The notes under the pieces: generated by a model | Database searches by the model: none | The model's input: only the letters and a program-made list of their open reading frames with translations | What the model was told of the DNA's origin: nothing | Part shown: positions 54,448-64,000 of the stretch, piece after piece | How the letters are laid out: each line of letters opens with the position of its first letter | Numbering within the stretch: position 1 is the stretch's first letter | Assembly (NCBI GenBank): GCA_013265495.1 | Contig: MU058241.1 | Location: 558,001-622,000, forward strand | DNA: 64,000 nt | From: Vicugna vicugna | Taxonomy: Eukaryota | Reading direction: 5' to 3' | Position numbers and translations under genes: made by a program

Positions 54448-54872
54448 ACACTGTCCAAAATAGTAGCTGCCCAACATATCTGCTATTTAAATGTTTAAAT
54501 TGAAGGCAGTTAAACATTCAGTTCCTCAATGGCATTAGCCTGTGGTTCTCAACCAGAGATAATTTTGCTGCCCCCAGGGGACATTGGGCAATGTCTGGAG
54601 ACAGTTTTGGTGGTCACAGCTCGGGGGAGGAGGTGCTGCTGGCATCTCGTGGGTACAGCCTGGGAGGCTGCTCTAAATATCTTAAGGTGCACGGGACAGC
54701 CCCACTGCAAAGAAGCATTTGGCCCAAAACGTCAGCAGTGCTGAGGTTGAGAACCCCCACACTCACCGCATTTCAAGGGCTCAGTGTCCACTCAGAGCTG
54801 GCGGCTGCATTATGGGCCAGCACAGACAGAGGACACTGCCATCCCTCACTGCAGACGTTTCCATCGGTAAGC
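54448..54872. mobile_element. MER3-like hAT MITE split by MER20
   Basis: cactgtccaaaatagtagctg...attcagttcctcaatggcattagc [insert] gcatttcaagggctcagtgtccac...ggccagcacagacagaggacactgccatc. Confidence 0.65.
54540..54758. mobile_element. MER20-like MITE nested in MER3-like element
   Basis: gtggttctcaaccagagataattttgctgcccccaggggacattgggcaatgtctggagac...gtgctgaggttgagaaccc. Confidence 0.85.
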
Positions 54873-55238
54873 TCCAGCCAAGGTGAGAGAGAAGACGTGA
54901 GGAAACTTGAGGTGAGGAAGAGCGGGAGGAGGGAGGTAAGATTCTTTTAAAACGGATTTCTCTGCATGGATCACTGCAGATTCCATCTTCCTTTTCCACA
55001 GACAGTCTGTAAGTGGCTTATGTGGCTGTCTTCTTATGTGAGAGGACTGACATCTTTTGAACAGAACACTGGTTTGGCCAGGCCCGTGTTACGAGGTGGA
55101 TGCCCTGGTCTTCTGGCTTCGGAGCTAGTGCCCATTCCACTCTGTCACACTGTCTCCCTTGAGAAAGTTTTTAAAGATTGAAGTAGTCAACATAGAACAT
55201 TTAGAAATAGGCCAAGTGTCAAAACTGACAACAGTTTT

Positions 55239-55294
55239 TTAAAAAGTTATTATTATTGAGGTATAGTCAGTTACAACGTGTCAGTTTCTGGTGT
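55239..55294 (-). mobile_element. Extremely truncated L1 3' tip
   Basis: ttattgaggtatagtcagttacaacgtgtcagtttctggtgtacag; flanked by acaacagtttt/acagcagtttt. Confidence 0.7.
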
Positions 55295-58008
55295 ACAGCA
55301 GTTTTGACAGCTCAGTTTTCCGTAGTCACTCTTGGAAGGAAAAGAAAGATATTTTGAAAATGTGATTCTTTGCCCTTTGTCAAACAATTATGGGATAATT
55401 ATGAATCTTCCTAAATATACAGATCACGTTTGCATAAATATTGTTACTGGAACATCTCATTTCACAAGAGAAGACATCCCCCTGCGCCAGCCCAACTCCA
55501 GTAGAAGCGATGGACGAGTGATGCCTCACTTTACAAAAAGTACCAAGTCATTTTATTTCTTCACGTTTGAGAAGTCCATTTCTCCCAGAGTAGTTTATGC
55601 AAATGCAGATAACGTGTATGTGCCTTTGTTTTCTTTAGTTTTCTGAAGCTTTCTTCAGAAAAATTGTGGATGACTTTAAACCTATACAGTTATGCCATTT
55701 CAACCAAGTGAGCAATTTTGGAGAGGAAATCAAATTATACGATATTAAACCAGTTACGTGGAAACCCATTATTCAACTTTGGCTAGTTTGTCATTTGAGT
55801 GCAGTGAAAAACAAACCAGTCAAAACAGCAAGAAATATAAATTTAGGACACTCACAGAGAAACTCCTTGCAACCATTTCTAAGCAGCATTGTTGATACAG
55901 AAATGTTTCATTTTAGGGAACAAAGAAATGGGCTTCTTATATTTAACTATCTAGATGGTTGTGTTCTGCCAGTGGTTAAGACCCACGGCTGTTTCCAGCT
56001 CCACTTTCAGACAGAGATGGTCATTGTCATGCATTTCTTGAGACTTTATTAGGCACCTGGGGGGGCTGTCTCTGAACAGCCCCAGAGAGGAAGTGATTTC
56101 CAGTGAAACGGTTACCACGCCTTTGAGGAGATCCTTGCGGATGCTGCTCCTCTGCTTTGAGAGTTGCAGACGGCATATGATCAATTTATGTGTTTATGTG
56201 TGACGACATGCTTTGGCCTAGAAATGATGCCTGTGAAAATGTGGAATTCATTATGTTACCAAATACTCGAGAGCTCCTCTCTCTTAACTTGTGTGCTGGC
56301 TGAGGGGTGCCAACTCCGGAAAGGAGATCTCCGCTCGTTGACAGGTACCAAATTCATAGCCTTGGGATTCTGAAAAGTTACTTTCTTGTATATAGGATGT
56401 CCGGCAGTCCATGCACACGACACTCAGTTTCTCCACTCCCTCCGTGGCCCACACATGCCTTTGAGGTTGAATTTGGCAAGAATGACTTACAGTCAAAAAG
56501 GGGCCGAGGAAGTGAGCACTTGCTCTTGTGTTACACGGAGCTGAAAGTGTGGAGTCAGGGCAGAGACGGCCGCGTCGGGAAGTCAGATGTGCAGGCGCTG
56601 CAGTTTGCCAGAGAAAGTCTGTTTGGAATTCCTCCATTGCTCCTGGGCTCCCTCACGTGTTAGGGGCGAGTCAGGGATTTCTGGGTGTGAATTACGAATT
56701 TCACATGAATGGTGCATATGCATTTTATTAGGAACTCCTCTGGCCTAGAGTTTTCTGCTCATTGTTCGAGTCAGCTATGTCTTTGAGACCTTAAAAAGCA
56801 GATAAAGCAGTCCTATCCTCCGTTAGCAGCAGTTGTCATTCTTAGGGATCATTTTTATTTTATTTGCGAGACTTGTTGGCTTTCTAAGTCTGACCTAACG
56901 GGATCACAGAAATGCAACACAAACCACAAAACAAAGTAGGCATTTTTTAATTTCTAGAAAGAATGAATAAGAGTAATATTTTCACATCATAAATTGGTTG
57001 GGACTTTGAGGAAATGCCCTCTGTACTTCCACCACAGATAGGCTTATGGGTTCTAAGTCACCCCTTTCTGTCACAGAAAAGTGAAGGGGCTTCATGGGGT
57101 CTTTCCACGTTGAAAAAAAGGAAAAGAAAAAGAAATCCAGACCCCGAGTTCCTCGTTGTAAAGAAAAAAGCCCAAAGGTGCCTATGTTTGGTTTCTGGGG
57201 CCCTTCTGGGAAGCCTGTGAGGTCTCCTTCACTGCTGGCGTTTGGATCGTGGTGACAGGCTGAGTGGACGAAGCTGGCTGACACCTTGGGCAGAGACGCC
57301 GGGCAGACTTGGAACTCAGTCAGCTGGGTGGGGGTGACTCCTGGCTGGCAGTTCAAGCTCACCCGGCCGCCTCCACCCTCTCTCGGCCCCTGCCGTTTGG
57401 GTCTCCAAGGACCTGCACGTTCAGTCATTGCATCTTACTTAAACGCTGACTGCACTCAACCTGGAAAATGAATTAAGCATCATCTCTGTAGAGATTTGGA
57501 AAACTCGGCCAACACGATTATTTCAAAATAGGAGTTAACTTTATTTTACATGTCAAGGCAGACCAGAACTCAGTGTCCATCTCTTAAAACTTCAAAACTA
57601 CAACCGGGGAGGAGGGCAGTTTGGCTTCGTGCCGCCGGGGAGCCCCTCGGAGCCTCCTTCAAGCTGACATCCCTGCCGATGTCGTGCTGGCTCTAGAGGG
57701 TGACGTGTCCGCCGGCTGCTCTGACTCTTTGTGCAAACCAGGGTTCTGTTTCTGACAGCATTTGTAAAGACCTCCAGCCCTGTCTGACAGAGACGTTCCT
57801 TCTCCGTGAAGACTGTAGTAATGCTGAACAGAAACGTGTAAAACCGCCAAGTTGCATTGTTCCCGGCCTTTTTGAACCACCGTCATGTCATATGAAATCT
57901 CTTGTCAGTCTGCGAAAAAGAACAATGAAACATCATTCTTGATAACATCAGTGAACAGAGAAGAGAGCCAAATTCAGTGTTACGTGCCGGTTTTAAAAAT
58001 ATATCAGA

Positions 58009-58258
58009 CTCACAGACTTAAAGAACAAAGTGTGGTTACCAGGGGGGAAAGAGCAAGAGGGACAGATGAGGAGTGTGGGATTAACAGAGACACCACTGTG
58101 TATAAGGCAGATACACAAGGACCTGCTGTACAGCACAGGGAACTATATTCAAAATTTTACATATTTTGAACATATGTGAAATATGTATATGTACAACTGA
58201 ATAGCTTTGCTGTACACCTGAAACTAACATTGCAAATTAGCTCTACTTCCGTAAAAAA
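58009..58258 (+). mobile_element. L1 3' UTR with polyA and TSD
   Basis: acaaggacctgctgtacagcacagggaactatattcaa; TTTT/AAAAA site; TSD aaaaatatatcaga/aaaaatacattaga. Confidence 0.85.
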
Positions 58259-59355
58259 AAAAAATACATTAGATTAGTGGTAGTTAGTGCGCAAAGCATT
58301 AAGTAGCATTTAACAAACTAATACGAAAAGGTGAATTGATGGGGGTCGCACAGTAACAATGTGAAGATAGGGGTTTTGTGTTAAAATCATGTCACATCAC
58401 CTTCGTGTTTTTATGTTAAAAGACATTTGAAGTAACGAACAATTTCAGTTTTGAAACAGGTGGACGTATCTGTTTTGTACCATAATGTGTATAGTGAAGT
58501 TGAATATTGCATCGATACTCCATAGTAAGTAATGTTTATTTACTTATATGCCTAATACGTACCTAGATACAGTTCTGACTTCTTTGTTGGTTCTGTTATT
58601 TTAGTAGATTTTATTTTCAGGTCCCCTAGAGCAGTTAAGAAAATGCGTCTTCACTCTTGTCTTTTGCTTCTTGAAAGAATATGCATGTTACTGAGGTCCG
58701 TTATGCTGTCCTGCTCCGTGAAGTCAGCCACCCTCAGGTGACGAGTTTTCCTCTCACAGTCAGGATTTGACTAGTGTTCAAGGTGAAGACCCCAGTTGAT
58801 GAATTACCAGACGGGTTGGCCCCTTCACGGGCCGGTTTAGGGAGAGGGCAGCTGGCTCTCAGCTCTCGTGCAGGGGACAGGCGTCAGCCCCTCTGCCCGG
58901 CGCGCCTGGCTGACTCAGTGCAGCAGAGCTTGTTAGCAGTGAACGGCTGGCTCGCACGCTGGGAGCAGTGCACCGCTGGTCCCGGCAGAGATCATAAAAC
59001 CGACCTCCGGTCCCTTGACTGGGAGCGCTCTGGAGTGGGTCGACTTCCCACTGCTTCAAGCCAAGCCTGAGTAGACCAATCACGGGGACCTGGGCTGAGG
59101 GATTTGGAATTTGTATGCACATCTTAGGACATGGGCAGCAGGTGCATTCCATGTATGTCCCCCAGGCCACTGAGAACCTGGCATTCCCTGGTGTGCAAGT
59201 AGGTTTCCGAACTCTCTTTGGTGTGACGGGCTGGGTCCAAGTTTTTAATTCTTTCTCTGTGTGTGTGTGTCTATGTCTCATTTCTCTGAGGAAGTGATTT
59301 TTTTTAATGCAATTTAAGAAAATTAATTTCTGTCACTGCATTTTTTGAAATGCGC

Positions 59356-59426
59356 TTTTTTCATGGAGGACCTCGTGCATAATAAGCATGCACTGTACCT
59401 CTGAGCTATACCCTCCCCACCCCCCC
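59356..59426 (-). mobile_element. vic-1-like SINE with internal (B-box) deletion
   Basis: atggaggacctcgtgcataataagcatgcactgtacctctgagctataccctcccc; lacks the ggggattgaacccag block present in the 28857 copy. Confidence 0.75.
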
Positions 59427-59979
59427 ATCATTGGATTTTTCGAGTGGTCTTTTAAATGCACATGATATATATACACATAATGTGTATCATCATAATATAA
59501 AATGTATATAAATGTTGCTTTATTTGACATAAAGTTGGTTTTTATAAGTGTGCAAAAGTATTTCCTAAGTCCTGATAATATGGATGACTCACAGCGGGTC
59601 TGGGCATTTGGTCAGGTTTATATCCCTGCGCAGCACTGAGGCTTTATGGCTGTGTTCTTTTTTCCTGTCTTTTGAAATCAGCAGGAAATTACAATTACGA
59701 AGATTAATTTAGCACTGTGTCCCTCCGTAACAAGCGGAAAGGAAATGTAATTTGCACCTTTCTACAAATACCCTCTTATCTGATTTTTACATGCTTTGAC
59801 CCACTTTTCTAGAAAGAAATATATTTGAATGTCAAATATTTAAATTAAGCAATTTTCCATCTTAGAGATGAAAGCATCTTTCCTTGAAGTAAATTATTTG
59901 ACCTTTTATTATATGCGTCAAATGATAAAAAATAGAAATACTAGTCAGAATGGAGTATTTAACCTCTCTCTTCTGGAAC

Positions 59980-60125
59980 TGACGTTCTCTCATAGGTAGT
60001 TGATATCATGTGATGCATGACAAATACTAAATATTATGAGAAGGAAGTGACGTTCTCTCATAGGTAGAACGTATCTCCCTTGATATCATGTGATGCATGA
60101 CAAATACTAAATATTATGAGAAGGA
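59980..60125. repeat. Tandem duplication (66 bp and 78 bp copies)
   Basis: 59980-60045 equals 60048-60125 apart from the 12-nt block aacgtatctccc at 60068-60079. Confidence 0.95.
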
Positions 60126-60227
60126 CTTTTCCCCTTCCTGTGACACAATGTGTGGAGGGTGGTAAATACTTAAGTCAATGAATGATTTCTGACATCTAAC
60201 GAATTCTCATGGTTACTTTAAAAGGGT

Positions 60228-60345
60228 TCGTTCATTCATTCATTTATTCATGCCTTCATTGAAGAATGCTCAGTTGGGCATATAATCCTGTGCCGGGTGC
60301 TCTGTATATAGATACAGAGTCTGCCCTCATGGAGTGTGTCTGTTG
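60228..60345. mobile_element. L2 terminus
   Basis: ttcattcattcatttattca...tgtgccgggtgctctg...ctgccctcatggag. Confidence 0.6.
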
Positions 60346-60920
60346 AGGAATGACGACCACAGTCAGGTGACTTCACATGACCACTGCCTGACATGCTTTT
60401 TACCTTTTAAGGGTGGAGGTGAGAACATTTAAGATCTGTTCTGTTAGCCACTGTCTAGGGCACAGGACAACGCTGTCAACTGCAGCCCCTGCGCTGTGTG
60501 TTAGGTCCACGGAGCGATTCCTCCTAGAGCGGGAAGCATGTCCCCTGGGCCCACCGTCACCCGTCCCCTTCCCTGAGACTTGCTGTTTGAGAGGTAAAGT
60601 GTTGTGATGAGAGGCTCTCCCGGGTTCTTCCCCTAAGATTAAAGATGAAGTTCTAAAACTTGTGTGAAATGAGAGAATGTCACTTGTGCAGGACAGGAAG
60701 GCTTGAATCTTTTATAAAGCAAGCATAAACTGCTTTTTTCTCTTCAGTTTAGATGTGAATTTTGTTTGATACATGCTTAAAGTTTGAGGGAAAATTTCAG
60801 TGACTCTGCACGTCTGAGGGGGCAGGGCGGGGTGAAAGACTGGATGGAGTGTATAATTTCCTTGGAATTCTGTGCTTTCCAGCGCAAGGCCGCGGGTGAT
60901 GGCTGAGATTTCTGTTCTTT

Positions 60921-61217
60921 TCTCATCCTGTATTACTCCTTTGATCATTTTATAGTGTCCTCTTTTCTCTCTCTTTATGGCCCTTGTTTTAAAGTCTATT
61001 TTGTCTGATATGACTATTTTCCAATTCTGCTTTCTTGTCATTTCCATTTGCATGAAATATCTTTCCCATCCTCTCACTTTCAATCTATATGTGTCCTTTA
61101 CTCCAAAGTGGGTCTCTCGTAGGCAACACATTGTAGACTTCTGTTTTATTGTCCAGTCTGCCACTCTATGTCTTTTGATTGGTGCATTTAGCCCATTGAC
61201 ATTTACAGTAATTATTC
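60921..61217 (-). mobile_element. Isolated L1 ORF2 endonuclease N-terminal fragment
   Basis: IITVNVNGLNAPIKRHRVADW...CCLRETHF...RLKVRGW...ISDKIDFKTRAIKREKRGHYKMIKGVIQDE within ORF 60712-61416; flanked by 10-bp direct repeat tctgttcttt. Confidence 0.92.
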
Positions 61218-63157
61218 TCTGTTCTTTCTGACTGGCCTGGAGCAGGATATCGCTCTCCCAGGCGGTTCTTACCGAGTGTTGGCACCCGGCTGCTTGTTTG
61301 GGGCGGGGAGTGGGAGGGTGGACTGTGGCGTGGGTGATACTGTCAGCTGTCTGGCCCTCATCCCAGGGCTCATAAGGTGAACGGAGCCAGTGAGAGTCGA
61401 ATTTTCGAGTTATCAAGAAGTCCGGAGACTAAGAGGAAACATAGCGTTCAAGGGCACTTATCAGGAGCCATGTGAATCTGCACGTCTTGGAGAGACGCCA
61501 TTGTTTCACTCAGTACAAAACCGGCTTGTCTGTTGGTACTTCTTGGGCCCTGCAGAGTGTAGACTGTTTCCTCTCAAGGTTCACACCGTGTCATAGACAC
61601 CATATCATGCCTCCTAAATTCCTCAATCCTTCAGTCCCTCTGTAACCAGCTGTCATGATACATCAACATGTTAAAAGTTAAAACTAGAAAACATCACAAG
61701 TTTGCAAATTTTTGGACTCCGTTTTGTGTGCATGTGTGTGTAAATTTTCCGTCACGTCACAGTAGCAGCGTTGTTTAAGTTTTTGTTGCAACATCTACCA
61801 TATAGGAAAAAACAACCTAAGGCTGGTTTGGGGATCCCTGAATTGTTAATAGTGAAAAATAAACACTGGGTCCTGTACCTGTCAGTCTTGCAAATTTGTG
61901 AAAAAATGAACAAGGGAATTCCTCATGCTGGTACTTACATATCAGAGATTATACAATAAACTTGAAAGCTATGACCTTTTTCTCTTCTTTCTTTTCTATG
62001 AGTTGGACTGACGGAATGTCAGTATTTTCAGTTTTAAAGAATATCATCAAAGTCGTTCACTTTGCCACATGAGCCCAGTAAATGTTGCCACCATTACCTG
62101 CTATAATATTTTGAAGGTCAAATTAAATGGCCATTTTATTTTTCCATATAGTAACTTCTCCAAGACGAGAATTTCTAAAAATGTTTACCTCAAGTGGGTC
62201 CCAACATTTCAGCACCTAAAATATCCACATCCTTATTGAGTAGTTTTAAGAAGGAAAAAATTTGACATTTTAGGCTTCAGTAATTGTGTTAATGCACGCA
62301 GAGTACCAAAAAGCACTGCTTCCTCTCACCACGGACTTGGAACCAAGGGTGAAGGCCCCTCCTGGGCGGGTACCGTCTCCCCACACCCCCGACCTGAGGC
62401 CTCGTTCTGACTTCCAGTCCTCCCCGCCTCAGGCTCTTAGGTTTGTTCTGTAACCTGAGTTTTCCAGGTACTGTAATACAAATTTTTAGTCTTGAAAGAA
62501 TTCCTCTTCTGTGATGAAGGCAATACACACTTCCTCAAAAACACACAGAGAATGGAAATGAGGAGGAAAGTGACACCCATGGTTCCACGACTCAAACCTG
62601 AACATTGGGCGGCATTTGCTTCCCGTGATTTTTCTGGGAATAGGAACCAGTGGAACCTTGTTCTGGTGGTTCAGGTGCCGTGGGTCAGGGACCAGCAGCT
62701 CACATCGCCAGCACAGCTCATCCAGAGCCAGCTGTGGGAGCCACCAGCTCCCTGTTTCCTGCAGCATGTATTCATTTGCATTTTTTTTAATTAAGGAAGA
62801 GCTTTATCTTCAAATTTGTGTTTGTATTGTCAGTGTGGACTCATGAATTTGTACTTCCTTTGTCAAGGAAAATCAGAGCCGGACGGTTGCAGAAGGGCAG
62901 GTTGGGGGCTGGATGTGCTGTTTCTCTGGTCTCCTCTCTGAGGCAGCGAAGCTGAGTTGGGGATGGCCCATCGTGTCTGACACTGGGCAGTCCCTCGCCA
63001 TCAGGGACACGGGACCCCCCCGGGCAGCACACCAGTGCTGGCTTTTTACTGTTTGATTAAAGTGGCCGTCACTCTTGGCTAGTGCCGGATATTGGACTGT
63101 GGTTGGAGCCAATCCCTTATAAAAATCAAACAAGCAGTAGAATTCCAAAAAGTCTCC

Positions 63158-63498
63158 TGTTCTGGGCTGAATCATGTCTCCTTGGGACTTTATCCGGGAA
63201 TGTGGTTTTTAAAGAGGAAATTGAGGTGAAAGGAAGTGAGTAGTGTGGGTCCTAATCCAACAGGATAGGTGTCCTTTTTGGTAGAGATTAGGACACAGAC
63301 GTGCAGGAGGGACGACCACGTGAGGACACAGGGAGGAGACGGCTGTCTACACAAGGGCAGAGACCTTGGGAGAAACCAGCTGTGTAGACACCCTGATCTC
63401 AAACTTCCAGCCCCCAGGACTGGGAGACAATAGGTTTCTGTGGTTTAGCCGCCCCCAGGGTGTGGGAGGTATTAGGACAGCCCTAGCAAACCAATGCA
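63158..63498 (+). mobile_element. MLT1A/B-type MaLR solo LTR
   Basis: tgttctgggctgaat...ggtcctaatccaacagga...gtgaggacacagggaggagacggctgtctaca...cagccctagcaaaccaatgca. Confidence 0.85.
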
Positions 63499-64000
63499 TC
63501 TTACAGCTTCTCACCTGGCTCGTGTGTCTACTTCTCTAACCTACGGCGTACTATTTAAAACTCTTTTCACAGGCACTATGGTATTTCTCTTGTCTCCTCT
63601 GCCTCCTCTTCAGCCTCCTGGCCTCTCCTGGTGTGGATCACTCTCGGGGCCACTGAAGTTCTCTTTCTTTTGATAAAGGTAGAGTGAGGACTGACTGACT
63701 GTGAGATACTCTCCCCTCTTCTAGGGCACACCTGCATCTGAAGCGCGAGGCACAGTTTGTGTCCTCAGCAGGACTAATACAGTGTGGGTTAAGGTATCTG
63801 TATCTCATTGTTTTCTGCAGCGTTCTGGTGCATGCCTTTTACCTGAGCAACGGGAGCAGAAGAGGGGTGTACATCCGAGGGGTGTACCCAGAGGGTGCTC
63901 GCGGGAACCTGGGTAGGAAAGCTTAGCCGCCTGTGTGGGGGAGCGGTCCAGGAGATGGAGGGATCTGAAGGCTGTTCCAAAGGTCTAGGGCACTGAAATT

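Larger units (their letters stand above)
32791..64000 (+). other. ANOS1: ANOS1 intron 2 (partial; exon 3 not found in window)
   Basis: GT donor at 32791; no anosmin-like coding segment recognised downstream. Confidence 0.8.

Noticed and set aside
60712..61416. Domesticated endonuclease gene
   Set aside because: Only the N-terminal part of the EN domain, with an apparently frameshifted middle segment (RYFMQMEMTRKQ), a non-ATG start and unrelated flanks
32791..64000. ANOS1 exon 3 or a nested gene
   Set aside because: No anosmin-like (Cys-rich, WAP or FnIII) peptide or other recognisable protein found with splice sites; a short exon could have been missed by eye

Overview
Mammalian genomic DNA, most likely a camelid, judged from tRNA-derived SINEs resembling vic-1 and the lineage-type L1 3' ends. 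The window holds the 5' part of ANOS1 (KAL1, anosmin-1) on the + strand: a CpG island, coding exon 1 (129-335), a 32.4 kb intron 1, the 48-nt exon 2 (32743-32790) and the first 31 kb of intron 2. No other protein-coding gene is supported. The remaining ORFs come from GC-rich, simple-repeat or L1 sequence. The introns are full of L1, L2, MIR, MaLR/ERV LTRs and hAT/Tigger MITEs. The most striking structure is a 787-bp-arm inverted repeat in intron 1 (2719-3505 / 3729-4515, 223-bp spacer). It has no indels, its inner 654 bp are perfectly identical, its five mismatches are all transitions at the outer edge, and decayed homology continues beyond both ends. This suggests an old palindrome kept identical by arm-to-arm conversion that would fold into a very long dsRNA in the pre-mRNA. 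Other notable items are an out-of-frame upstream ORF that stops in exon 2, a minisatellite born from an L1MC segment whose unexpanded sibling is in the same window, a higher-order CAY array, several perfect short palindromes and atypical micro-retroinsertions. Repeat family names come from recalled consensus features, not from a database search.
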